NCBI GenBank assembly: GCA_050230475.1
Contig: JBFLGF010000124.1
Location: 1-64,000 of the forward strand
DNA length: 64,000 nt
From: Ancylonema sp.
Lineage: Eukaryota
Reading direction: 5' to 3'
Shown: in pieces, positions 23,301-35,804 of the stretch
Numbering within the stretch: position 1 is the stretch's first letter
How the letters are laid out: each line of letters begins with the position of its first letter
Notes under the pieces: model-generated
The model's database searches: none
Seen by the model: only the letters and a program-made list of their open reading frames with translations
What the model was told of the DNA's origin: nothing
Translations under genes and position numbers: made by a program

Positions 23301-24872
23301 ATGATGCGCATATGGGAGATCCCGATGACATCACCACTTTTGCAGGAGTACGAACCACACAAGATCACCAACGGGTACCAATATCTCCCAGTGATGCACG
23401 ACCTCTCAACCGCAGAAAAATCCACCCAACAAATCCTCCACTACCTACCAAACCCAAGGTATAAGCATACTTGGTCATGCATCCAACGACGAGTAGTGGA
23501 CCCAGCGCAACACCCTCACCAACATCTACACCCCAACCTGTCAGGTCGCCACCACTCCACTCGATACAACCATCAGTACAACATATCGCACTTGGAGGAA
23601 ACACAAGCTTGGGACAACTCTTCATCACCAATATGGAAGAATCTCGCCTACCTGCGCCACGCGAGGTCACTGCATAATACCCTCAAGATGATAGGGATCT
23701 TACTACTGTGGAAATATCCAGATCTATTCCCCAACCAAATCCAAATCACCTCAGCATTCAGAGTACCCAGTCTTCAAACTATGATCGATCGGAAAATCAT
23801 CCCTGCAACTCTTCAAAAAATCCAACAAGAAGAAATTCAAAGACAGATTTACAAACCAACCCAACCAGACATCATCAACCATTTGGTGCATGAACATGCA
23901 CGACAAGGTAAGAAACTACTAGCCAATGGGAGAGCCAGAGCCCAAACCACCACTCAACCATTTCCTATTCCACTCAACTGGAAGGGCCGCCAACTCGATG
24001 GCACGAAACCCCTTCCTTCTACTATCAGCTACATTCGTAAAGAGCGTTCCACCCAAGGAGTGCACATTTGGATCCCCTGGGCAAATGCAGACCTGGCTCC
24101 ACTCGTGTACAGCCTCAAACAAGGGAAACTCATCAAAGGCGTCACTATCGCCACACCAGACCTACACCGCAAAAATATCGTGCGTCAGAACCTGCGCAAA
24201 CTTCAACTCCATTACCCACATCTGTTACCAGACTTTGCCATCAATTTGTGTGACAACATTTTACCACCCCGCGCTGAGGACATCACCTTGGCTCAGATGA
24301 GAGAGTTGGTCGCAAAACATGGACCGATCGACATTGTGGGGGGGAACTGGCACACGGAAACACGCCGATCATTCAGTGGACTGCAAGGGGCCAATGACTA
24401 CCGCATACTACCCTTCTTCTCAGTCCTATCATGGCTGCATTGGCAGAATGAGATCTATGGCTTCTATCCCGTCACCCTATTCTTCACACATGTGGACTAC
24501 CCGGAATGCCCACTCTGGGCCATCGAACATGGTTACTTGGCTGAAGCTTTCCTCGGACCATCAATCACTATTGGCGCAGCCACCTTGGCTGGAAATATCA
24601 TTCGACCTACCCGCATCTGGACCAACATTCTCACACCACGAGAACTTCACTACTGCATACCCGAATATAGATTTGCACACGCTCTGGACAAACAAGTGCT
24701 GGAACCAACCCATACTGCAGTACCTGTCTCTAAGGAGGAAGCTACACCACACACCCCGAACATATATGAGCAACCACGCTGCGTTTTTCCACAACTTCCA
24801 CCATACCTGGACTCAGTGAGAGCAGCAGAGCCATACTACGTCTATTATCGACATCGACACCAAGACCACTAA
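23301..24872 (+). CDS. Open 523-aa ORF containing a DNMT-fold pseudo-methyltransferase (copy 2); C-terminus cut by an LTR at 24817
   Basis: LRKLQLHYPHLL...LPPRAEDITLAQMRELVAKHGPIDIVGGNW aligns with IEKLIREYPGEI...LPEDVGLIGEMALVNLIAQNGEVDIVGASW of the 1591-2760 DNMT. Motifs I, IV and VI are replaced by IWIPWAN, WHTE and FFTH. Confidence 0.75.
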   Translation: MMRIWEIPMTSPLLQEYEPHKITNGYQYLPVMHDLSTAEKSTQQILHYLPNPRYKHTWSCIQRRVVDPAQHPHQHLHPNLSGRHHSTRYNHQYNISHLEETQAWDNSSSPIWKNLAYLRHARSLHNTLKMIGILLLWKYPDLFPNQIQITSAFRVPSLQTMIDRKIIPATLQKIQQEEIQRQIYKPTQPDIINHLVHEHARQGKKLLANGRARAQTTTQPFPIPLNWKGRQLDGTKPLPSTISYIRKERSTQGVHIWIPWANADLAPLVYSLKQGKLIKGVTIATPDLHRKNIVRQNLRKLQLHYPHLLPDFAINLCDNILPPRAEDITLAQMRELVAKHGPIDIVGGNWHTETRRSFSGLQGANDYRILPFFSVLSWLHWQNEIYGFYPVTLFFTHVDYPECPLWAIEHGYLAEAFLGPSITIGAATLAGNIIRPTRIWTNILTPRELHYCIPEYRFAHALDKQVLEPTHTAVPVSKEEATPHTPNIYEQPRCVFPQLPPYLDSVRAAEPYYVYYRHRHQDH

Positions 24873-24980
24873 AGAGATACATCAACAAAGCAGACCACCA
24901 AGACCACACCTTGATAACCATGTAACTCAGATATACCCCCACAACCTCATTATAAGCAACCGACTCCAAACCGCACATCA
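24817..24980 (+). repeat. Short family-A-type LTR (~164 bp)
   Basis: Starts TGAGAGCAGC (as at 4748) and ends CCGACTCCAAACCGCACATCA; no TSD and no PPT. Confidence 0.7.
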
Positions 24981-25137
24981 CGGCTAGCTACCCTTAACCC
25001 ACCAATATCTTGGAGGAGTAGGTGTTCTAACCATTGTGAAAACCTTGTTTTGCAATGATGGGAAGTGCAAATCAAGCATTCTCGGTGATTTGCCGAGCCG
25101 GGGTCGCGGGAGCTTTTCCCCGTCTTGGGGGGGGGAG

Positions 25138-26716
25138 TAAGCATTAATTTGAAGCGCGTTGTGATCGCGCGAGTTGCAGCACCGCATGCCGTCTAGACGC
25201 GGTGATGGGGAGCGGTGCTCGGTAATTGCATGCCGTCTAGGCGCGGTTATGCGAGTATGGAGTGTGCCTAGGGAGATGGCCTTGCTATGTGATAGCTTGT
25301 AGTCGAGTGGACCTTGTTATAGTCACGATGTGTACGGTGTGCCTATACGGTGTAGTGCTTGCACGTGTAGCCGTTTGACTTTTGGTTGGAGTTCCGTATA
25401 GCGGCCGTCAGGCCACGAGACGTCCCAAAGAAACGTGGTCGTGCACGACTCCCGGGTTGAGGGGTTATGTAGTGACACGCTCACACTTATGTGATTGGCC
25501 GATTGTGATCGTCTTCGATTGCGGCTTTGGGTAGAATATGTTCGGACTAGATGAGTTTGATTGGACGCGTGCGTACGATGTAGATTACATCATAGCGTAC
25601 GGAAAGTACAAGTAAGTCTAAAGTGCCTTGTTGGACTTTCGGACTACGTATTTTGTGAAGTAAATTAGTGCTTTAATCAAGGGAAATGCCGAGTTGTGGC
25701 GATAGTAATAATTGTAGAATTAGCGTGGACCGGAGATGTGCCTATAATGTGCATGTGTGTCTATGTTGTGAGTCAATACAATATGCATGTGGATGTGAAT
25801 CGGCAATTATGTAGGTTGCGCTTAGGCGCAATGGGCGCGGAAGCGAGTACTATGAGTTTGTACCGGTTTACTTTAGTACCGGACTAAGTTGCACTAGATT
25901 TGCGTAGTTGAGTGTGCACCAATGGGGTGAATATGAATAGTCGCATTATTGTGTTCATGGGAAATGACGTTAGCGAGTAGACTTTAGTCAACCTACGCAC
26001 CGGTTGGTTAAACCGATTTGTCCTCGGCTTGTGAGGCAAATTCAATATATACTCTACGGAGTTTTCATGACAAATAATTCATACCATCATCGCTTTTGTT
26101 TCCAGTGGGATTCTAGTCTATTAGTGTCTTGCCATTTGTCACGGACAGTTTGGATTTGTATGTAATTCACGAGAAGTCGGAGAGCCGGCGAATTTAAGAC
26201 CTGTACGGCAGGCAAGGGATTGGCCCACTATGGCTGATCCTTCATTTTGATGCATGAGCACTGTGGCTGCATTACGCCACAGTGCATACCGATGAAGCTT
26301 TGGCAAGAGCGGTGACGTGGCACTTTGTGATTGCGTTGATAATTGGCCATGGCTATTTCAAAGGCTGATATCTCTGAGCGAATGCTATGTATCGTAGCGG
26401 TGATCATTTGCTGCATGCGATAGTGTGTTCGACGCGTCTAGAGACAGAGCTCGATATCTTGCCCAATACTTTAGTGAGCATTAATTTGAAGTGCGGTGTG
26501 ATCACGCAAGTTGCGGCACCGCATGCCGTCTAGGCGCGGTGATGGGTAGCGGTGCTCGGCAATTGCATGCCGTCTAGGCGCGGTTATGCGAGTACGGGGT
26601 GTACCTAGGGAGATGGCCTAGCTATGTGATAGCTTGTACGGTCGAGTGGACCTTATTATAGTCGCGATGTGTACGGTATGCCTATAAGGTCTAGTGCTCG
26701 CACGTGTAGCCGTACA
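25138..26716 (+). mobile_element. Non-coding LTR-element remnant with ~237-bp direct repeats
   Basis: Repeats at 25138-25374 and 26475-26713; the first is preceded by PPT GGGGGGGGGAG (25127-25137); no coding capacity between them. Confidence 0.65.
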
Positions 26717-27413
26717 CGATCGATATAGGTACGACATGGTCCCTACTAGTCATCCTTTATCTTAAATTGGACACCCTCCCCTTGTTAATATATCTAATTT
26801 ATGACTATACTTTTATGCTTGCCCAATGTCGTGAATCTCGAGGACTCATATTTGTCGATACCTAACAATTGTTCCCCCCCGTTATGAACCCCAAATGACC
26901 AATATGACCCTCGATACAATCATCCCCTAATCATCGATTCTTAAAGCAATTCTAGATGCATGTACAATTATTATCAACACCTTTTACATACTCTCACTCC
27001 ATGTGTAGTTCATTGTCAATCGACCATTTATGTGTAGTGTGATGAGATCGATTTTCTTTTTCTTGACGCCGTTTAATTGTCGACTAAGCAGTACTTTTCC
27101 GTCAACTTCTTCATGGAACGGGAATATCTTTTACAAGAAGAATTTTTGCAATAATATTAAATTTACTATGAGTCCTCGCACGTCAAGTACATCATGAAAT
27201 TGCATGAAATCCTTTCTCCTTTCTTCATCTACTTCCAGAAATAATCTCTTGATAACATTATCCGTGATGTAGTCACAAGTTGTAAACCTCCAACTGTCCG
27301 CACCACGAATTTTTATTCTCGTGTTTATAGCTTGCTGATTGAGTTAAGGTCACTACATAAGTGATGAGATGCCCGAGAACTTGCAAGCCAATCTTGTATG
27401 TTGTCCTTGTTAC

Positions 27414-27670
27414 TAGGGTTGTCAAAGTTACCATGACGGTTACGTATGACGGTAAATTACGCGTCCATTTGATGCGTCATTACACGGGCCCCCTCGGTAA
27501 GTTTACGAATTACCGCAATTCACTACTTTTGGTTATGACGGACCCGGAATTTCCATTACGCCGTGCAAAAAAGTAATGTAATTGTTATCGTACACATACC
27601 GTACATAACCTTACACATTATAACATACCAATTTTCGTTTATCGAGCGTAGAGGGTAACAATATGTTACC
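27414..27670. mobile_element. Degenerate MITE related to 48357-48690
   Basis: Both start TAGGGTTGT.AAA.TTACCAT; ~27590-27650 is the reverse complement of ~48578-48637. Confidence 0.5.
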
Positions 27671-28223
27671 CTTTTCCAGCATCTCAAGTTATGGTCTTAC
27701 GTCTAACGGCATGCACTCGAATACGGCATACGCTCTCTCTTTCGAGGACCCCATGACTCTCATACCATGTTCGACTTGTACTTCAAACTTGGAAATATCG
27801 AAGTTCATTATGGTTGTCGCTCTCAAACACGCTCTTTGACTACGTAAGCAATGTAAGTAACTTCAAATCAACTTTGAAGTACCAACGACACACACCATAA
27901 CCAAAGCAACGAGATGATGAGCAACGAGTGATAGCAAAAGATGTGTTGATACATTTGAATTGCCAATGTTATGAGACTAACCTATATTGATCTTGGACCA
28001 TATTTTGCATCATAGCTTCCCAATATTATCCACAATAATGCGGCGCCGCTATCTACTATTATCAAGTGGTCCCGCCTAGTCATCGACATCTTATATATAG
28101 TTGAAATGATGACCGTACATACACCGTATAAAAACTCCAAAAAAATTTCGTATTTCAATAGATCCTAGGAACTCCTTATACGTGGATGGTCCCAACGGAA
28201 GGGAAACACTTGTTAAAAATTAA

Positions 28224-28256
<33 letters not shown>

Positions 28257-28655
28257 CCCCCCACGCTTGTAAGTTGATCAGTTGGTATGGGAGGCTTGTG
28301 GAGCTCCCATAAGAAGCATACATGTACTTGGACCATTTAGAGTGCACTGTAAGACAAGTTCTCAAGATTTCTGATTAGAAATTGGGTTGTATGCGACAAA
28401 GCGTAGTCTACAGACACATGAATATAGTTTTGGGGTATTTGGAACCTCTTTTTACATTTTGTTAACCAACAAAATGTCCGAAATTTATCAATATTCCGGT
28501 CCCGGAAATACATACATTTATTGGACACGTTTTAGTGTCGACGCCATCCCTCGTGCAGCTGGCGTTCGTGAGGCGGCCATCCGCCCACCGGCCGCCTGTC
28601 TACTCGCCTGCAAACCTGAAGGTGCGGGAGACCCTTCTGAGTCAAGGATTTCATG

Positions 28656-29052
28656 CAGTGTGCGGGGAGCCCAACGAAACCCTTTGGGCTCCGGGATCCA
28701 CCCGAGCCGAGCCCAAGATCGCGGCTCCGAGCTCATTTCGGAGCCCGGATCCAAAGATCCGGGCTCGGAGCCCAAAATTCACACAAAAAAAATATAAAAT
28801 ATAAAAACATAATTTATCTCCTGACGATCTGGCCGTACGATCCGTTTGCTTTCCCGTTTTTTTCATGAATTTATGAATCATGGGCTCCGATCCCGAATCT
28901 GAGCCCGGATCCGAGCTCGGATCTTACGCTCCGACGTGGGCTCCGACGTTTAGCTCGGAGCCGGAGGAAGAACACCCTTTTGGGTTCCGGGATCAATGAG
29001 CCCGGATCTTGAGTTCATTAGAATCATTGGGCTCCGGGCTCCCCGCACACTA
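28656..29052. mobile_element. hAT-type MITE
   Basis: TIRs CAGTGTGCGGGGAGCC / GGCTCCCCGCACACTA; 8-bp TSD ATTTCATG / TTTTCATG; subterminal GGCTCCG/CGGAGCC repeats. Confidence 0.88.
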
Positions 29053-29525
29053 TTTTCATGACTGGTACGTCACGTGTGAAAGTGTAATGATTGCAAGCTG
29101 TTGACAGTAATTAACTTTCGACGCGAATTTCGGGTCGCCTGTACGGATTGCCGGCGGGACATCATCGAAGAAGGTGGCCTAGTGGGGGAGGGGTGATTAA
29201 TGGCGCACTGCTTCCTTCTGACGACTTCATGCGTTCGTCAGGTGCACTCGATCGGAAGGAGAAGACCGTCACGCCCCAACCTGTGCCTTGACGCCTTGCC
29301 CAGTGCCTTTCCCATTGAATGTATTAAGCATGACCGTGACCGCGCTTCTGATTTAGATGGGTAGCTTGGAACCAGATTTGTGTGCCGCAGCTTGAACCGT
29401 CTGCTGCTGGGCTTGAGAGGGGATAATTTTGATGTTGAGCCGGATTTATTAGTCCTCGCAGAGAGAAGTAGATCAGAAACAGGGCAAATGACTGGGACAT
29501 CACTGGCGCTGGCAGCGCATACTCG

Positions 29526-32345
29526 ATGATCGATGCGCACACGACAATGGAGATAGACAACAGGCTCGAAGAAAGGCATTCTCGTGGAGAAATATTTTTC
29601 TCGGGAGATAGTGTAAGCAGCTTGGAAGACGCTGGTGCTTGTGGGGAAGATGGCGACAAATCTAGTGGCGAGGCAAGCGAGCCAGAATTCCGAGTCCACT
29701 CTTGTTCCAGTACCTCGGCTCCGAGTCAAGGGCCGGGTTCAGGGCCTGAAGTCGCTGGTGGATCTGACAAGTCTAAGGGTGGTCTGAAGGTCGTAAATGG
29801 TCTACTACACCGGCCCCTCAGGCCCCTAACGGTCGGGTCACGGCGAGGGGGGGACGTGAGCCCCCTTGACACGCCCACCCCGGCAGAGGGAGGGGACAGT
29901 GGTAAGGGGGGGGCTATGTGGCATCGGCGGGATGGTCTAGGATCTGGAGGGCGCGGCAGGATTGGCTTGCCGGAAATCCGCCTCGATCTCGGGGTTGTCC
30001 AGCGTGGCAGAGACATGTCAGAACCGACAGAGCTCCAGCGGCGTCGCGACAAGTTCAGTTACTTCGAGAAGCATTGCTCCAAAGTGCTCGACCACGTGTA
30101 CGTGGGGAGTGACGTGGTCGCCAAGAATCTGGACACGCTTCGGAACGCAGGCATCACGCACGTGCTGAACTGCGTCGGATTCGTCTGCCCGGAGTACTTC
30201 CCGGACGAGCTGACGTACACAACCTTGTGGCTCCAGGTGGGTCCCACACATCCAACCGCTTGCAGGGAGGGGTAGTCACGTGCAGTTGGTAGGGCATGGG
30301 TGGCCTGCGGCACTGTGGTTGGCCCAACTCCCCGCTGTGGCTGGGAGTTGGCGGGGCCTCACACATAGTTGAGGAAGCTTGTTGTACCACACAAGCCTCT
30401 GGCAGAATTATCCCCCCCTGTGCATCCCCTCTCGGATTCAACCACAGAACGGATGGAGAGTCGAGAGATACCCACCCGTGACGTCAGAAAGGAAAAGTCT
30501 AGGTCAAAGTCAAAGTTGAAGTCAAAGTCAAAGTCGGGTCGCTCCCTCTGGCAGTGCACAGGAGTTTGACAGCAGTGGGGGGCAGGTCTGACTTTCAGGT
30601 GAATTTCTGTTGTTCTGTTCTGTTGTCGGCAGGATACCCCAGGAGAAGACATCACTTCCGTTCTCTACGATGTGTTTGATTACATTGAAGAAGTAAGGAG
30701 GAGCTCTGGTCGGGTCTTCGTCCATTGCTGTCAGGGCGTATCGCGATCCACGTCACTCGTCATCGCTTACCTCATGTGGCTCCAGGTCAGACTTCTTTTC
30801 TGCCAATTCTGGCGCCAAAGCCGGCAGAAGCGCCCGAAGTCGCCAAATTGGTAAAATTATAAGGCAGAACTGAAATGGCTCCCAATTTTTGTGGGCAGAA
30901 GAACCTGACAGCGGATTTCCGACTGACTTCTTTACGGTTGTGTGTGTCCGGGCAGGCCAAAAGTTTCGAGGAAGCGTTCCGGTTCGTGAAATCTGCCCGA
31001 GGCGTGACCAACCCCAACATGGGGTTTGCCTGCCAGCTCCTCCACTGGCAGAAAAGGATTCTGGGCGCATCTAGTCCCCCCGCCCGCCTGTACCGAATTG
31101 CGCCCCACAGCATCCACTACGACCCTATGCACCTCGTTCCCAAGGCCCTCCCCCACCCCTCCAGCGAGGGGTTGGACCCCAGGGGCGCCTTTTTGCTGCA
31201 GGTGGGCCCCACAGTCCTCCTGTGGCGGGGGCATGCCAGCAGTGACGCTCTGGTGCTCGCCGGCCAGCTGGCAGCGGGTCAGATTGTGCGATACGAGAAA
31301 TTGGGGGGGGGGATTGTGGCTCTGGAGGAGGGGAGGGAGGGGCCGCAGTTCTGGGAGGCTCTGACGCAGCCGCCGGGGGGGGGGGAGGGGGAGGGGGAGG
31401 GGGAGGGGGAGCAAGGGGGGGAGGCCCTGTTTTCGACAGGGGGGTTGGGGGGGTTGGGGGGGGAGGGGGAGGAAGGGACCGGGAGTGGGAGTCAGGTGAG
31501 CTACTTTGGGGAGTTGGGGGGGGGGGGGGGGAGGAAAGTGGGACCCACTTCTGAACCCCAGGGTTTAAAACAAGGGAGTAGTGATCGACCGCCGACTGGG
31601 AAAGGGAGGGGGGGGGGGAGGCAGGTAGAGGATAAGTCAGAGATTTTGGAGTCAAATGTGGAGCGGGGGGGGGTTGGGGGGGGGGGAGGGGGAGGCAAGC
31701 ATAGAAGTGCCATGTAGAAGTGAGGGGGGGGAGGCTGGGGATTCGAGTCTTACGGAACGGAACTCGGAATCGATACTCATCGCCAAATTCAGGGACGCGT
31801 GGACGTCGGATTCGGATTCGTGGGGGGGGCAGAAGTTGCGCAACAGGAGTCAGAGTTGTGACTTGAGTCGGCATTTGAGTCTGGACCGGGGCGGGATCAT
31901 GTCGGGAGGCCTGAGCCCGCTCCGGAACTCGCCGAAGAGCCCCCGGGTAGCCATTTTCGGGATGTCGAAAACTGGCAGGGGGGGGGCGGGGGGGCAGGAG
32001 GATAGAGAGCGGGGGGGGGGGTGGAATCTGAAGGAGGGTATCCTCTCCCCCCGGCGAAGTATGAGCGTGGATCTGTTTGACGTCACCCCAAAGAAGAGGG
32101 AACGGTCGGAGAGTCCGAGGAAATGGAGGGAGAAGGGGGGGAGGGGGGGGGGGCTGTTTCTGCTGCCTGAAGTTAACGCATACGACGAGGACTTCGAGGC
32201 CATTGAGGGGGCGCTCTCTGGAAGGTCGCCGAAACTGCTTCCGGAATTGACGAGCCCGCGGAAATTGCTGCCTGCCAGGGCGAGTGGGTGGGCTGGGGTT
32301 GGGGGGAAGAGAGCGGCGGTGGGGGTGGGGGGGGGGGTCATGTAG
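29526..32345 (+). CDS. MKP1: Plant MAP kinase phosphatase 1-like dual-specificity phosphatase; exons ~29526-30236, 30633-30785, 30956-~32345
   Basis: RRDKFSYFEKHCSKVLDHVYVG, THVLNCVGFVCPEYF, LQDTPGEDI, catalytic VHCCQGVSRS, VTNPNMGFACQL, gelsolin-like LDPRGAF. GT-AG introns join in frame. Apparent frameshift in a G-run near 31690; 3' end uncertain. Confidence 0.9.
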
Positions 32346-33137
32346 GGAGGGGGAGGGGCAAGAGGAAGAGACACAAGGTATGGTTTTGGGATATGCGTAC
32401 ATGACATTGCATAGAGTATGTGTGTTTGCGTTGTGTTCCGTGCTATGTGACCGATGCTATGTAGAGTTTCAGATCGTCTTTGATTCATGACGGTTGGAGA
32501 GGGGGGCTAGTAGTGGAATAGGTGCATGAGTGTGCGTCCGACAATGCATGATCTGGTTGAGGTCTGCTCTGGTCTGGAAGATCGGAGGGGACTGCAATGA
32601 TGCACTTCCAGCTCTGGAAATTGTGCATTCTTTTCTATTCTGTCGTCATGGTGTTGTTTATGGGGTGACATAACTCATCGTCTGATCCCCACCCCCATTT
32701 TCGCATGGCAGGTGGAGAAGGGAAGAGAGAGGCAACCACTATTTCGCCGGTCAGGCCTCTTTGATCTTGATATCTTGATTCTGTCTCAAAGTCATAAAGT
32801 AATAGTTGTAGCAACATTCCACAGTCCATCCGTGTAGGAGGTGTACTATCAGCCCGTGTGGTACTAGGCATTGGGTTCACCGATCCCCGGATTTTCGTCT
32901 GTTTATCTTCATCTTAATTTCGGCTCCCACTATCGCTGCCTTCGTTGAGTGGTATCAGCTTATGTGTTACTTACCGATTACTCAACACAATGTATATGGA
33001 AACAACATCCTCATTTTATTTTTGCGTTGTCATGTTATAAAAACCTTCGGCTGTTGCATTGCTCAGAAGACGGGGTTCTTTATCTAGCAAAGGTCGGCAA
33101 CATTATCAATGAGTAGCCCTTAGTTCAAGTTTAGATA

Positions 33138-33176
33138 AGAGAGAGAGATAGAGAGAGGGAGAGGGAGACAGAGAGA
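33138..33176. repeat. GA-rich microsatellite
   Basis: Imperfect (GA)n run. Confidence 0.7.
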
Positions 33177-35804
33177 AATTTGTCCACTTAGGATTCTTGA
33201 AGTAGTCTTTGGTCAAGATTATCAACATCATGGAACTTTGTAAGCTTATCCACATAATTAGTATCGGTCACATCTCGGTTTATGTTTCGGCTTCTCGCCC
33301 ATGAATTTATATGTATTGGCATTTGGACGATTCGTAAGTTTATCGACCTATCTATGGAACTAGAAATGACTCGATCTTGCGTGGGGGTATCATCAATTGT
33401 TTTGGAAGTTGGTACATATATAGTGGTGTCTGTAAGAACCAACAAAACGCATGATTAAGGTAACATGCGATTGTCGAAGTACACGCACTTGCTACTTTTT
33501 AAAGAATCTCCACCTTTGTAAGTCTAGTGACACATACTTAATCGAGTGAGGAGAGGAAAAGAGAACGTGTGTGAAATGGATTGTGTTGTGTGATGTTTGT
33601 TGATCTTATAATGTGCAACACGGAACTGTAATTGGTTGTGTACCCGCCGCGTTTCTTTCCCTTTTTTGCCGTTATGTTTTGCAACACCCGTCGCGTTGAT
33701 GCATTTGGTGGGGACTCAAAGCGCTTGCTAGCGCTTGAACTCGTGCTGCGTGTTGACAAAGTAAGTCGAAGTAGGTGGTCGAGATGTGTCATCCTTCCAA
33801 TTTGAAATTTATAAACTTTTTGAGGTGTCAACAACCATTTGGAAGCCCGGAAAAGTTACATGAAGGTATTCACCAACATTTGAAGTTCTCGTTTATATAG
33901 CGATCAGCCAAGCATAAGCATAAATAACGTCTCGTTCATTTCATGAAGGTCGGTAGGGTGGAGTCATGATAGAATACACCACAGTTGTGCTCATTCCCTT
34001 CTCATTCGCGAATAGATAACAAGGGCACGAGCAAGCCGGGGAAGTGCAATCATTGTCGTGCGAGTCCAAGGTTGGGGCGACATAATGGCACAGATGACAA
34101 GCAAGTATATGTTGAAAGCTGACGTTTAGGTGGTCCTCGTGTTTCCCGACATACTAAAGAAAGTTAAATTGTTCGAGTGAGTACAAGCATGTACAAAACA
34201 ACGCTCATAGCCATAATGAAAGAGCGACGTAAGGCATGGCCGATAAATAAGGAAACGCATTGACGCGTGAACCTTTTTTAATGAACGTAACGTAGGAACT
34301 AGCCACAAAGTTGCTAAAGCGATCCGCATCTCATTGATCCCTTATTATTTATTTGCTCGATTATTTATTAGAAGAACGTATCGAATTTTCTTAGAATTAG
34401 CTCCTTTGTTGTGTGTCCTTCTTATATGCATAATTCGATGACGATCGATGACGAGATTGTATATCTCATGTATGTATTACGTTATATGTCATTTCTATGT
34501 CTATTTTGAATATTATTTAAGTATGACATTAACAAACAAATGAGAAGACAAAAAACGAAAACAAAAAATGGTGTATCTTGTCTTGGCATGTCTTTTCTTC
34601 ATGCCGTTGCATCGATCGATGAATCTTGTGTCGTCATCAACAAGATTACCAGATTCCTAACTATTTATACTTTCAAATGCATGATTCTATGCCGCCGTAG
34701 TTTTGGCCTGTCTGGCCGCGATTTTTAGTGTGTTTTGGAATTTTAAAAAAATATAGAAAAGTTGTACAGAGACATCTTCGCAATTACTCATTGCCCTTGA
34801 CTTGCCGTTTTGCATTCGTAAATTTCTAATCGGGAAAATCGCCATTTGACTGTCGACATCGATCTTCATGTTACTCCTCCAAAGTTACCAGGAGCAGATA
34901 CGGTCAACGAATCAGAACATCTGATCAGGCACCAGGATTCTCAATAAGCAGGCCAGTTCCTATTGGTTCCCGGGCATGGATCAAAATCGATTTGCTTCAT
35001 GAGAAATATCGAATAAAATCGCGAACCGCAACGATCGAGAAGCTCCCATTGGCCAGTTGAAACAACGTCGGACTTCTATGCGCATGTGGCGGACACACGT
35101 ATGAAACAAAAGTTGACGCCACACGTTTGGTTGGTCGCAGACGTTTCTCGTCCTCCATTGATGGACGAATCTTGAGAAAAAACGTGACCGTCCACGTGAA
35201 CGTCCTCAATTCTGGAAAAAATCAGATCATCTCAAGAAACCATGATCGTAAGATTGATACGATAATGGGAACATCACCGCACCAAACATTTTCTACACCG
35301 TCCCTTTACTCTTTCAACACCAGGTGCGATGCTCTTCACGTGCAGGCTTTGAGCGCATCAGTAAAATCACACGGCGGCACGAGGAGGATTCTGTCGCTTG
35401 CACGAAAGTCACATATCGCTCGTGCCGCATGCCACGTGTACAAAGTGCACCACTTACCGGTGACTGGGATTTCGCGAGGGGCTGGCGGACTGCAATATTA
35501 TCGAAAATCATTGTCGTCAAGCGGAGAAGGGATGATACCTACTGTCATACACGAGGCTCGTGGTGGGTCTGCAGTAAATATCTCTGATGTACTTAAAGAA
35601 GGCTCAGCACAAAATGTTCCCAGTACCGAATCAAAAATAATAGTCTGCCTCTCCGTTGTCCATAAACATTTGTTCATAAATAAACGTCTGCCTCTCATAT
35701 TGTCCAGGAAAATAAGTAAGTGACACCTCCAATTCAGGCAGCAAAGTTCACGGCTTCCAATATATTTCCCTATAATTGACTTATCGCCGCTAATACACTT
35801 TCGA

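Noticed and set aside
12371..24980. Treating 12371-12485 and 24817-24980 as a datable LTR pair
   Set aside because: They match only over the last ~30 nt and there is no TSD.
31125..32402. 425-aa Pro-rich minus-strand ORF
   Set aside because: Antisense shadow of the G-rich MKP1 exon.
35127..35723. 198-aa ORF upstream of CHRD paralogue 1
   Set aside because: Non-ATG start, no motifs or splice support; likely promoter/UTR.
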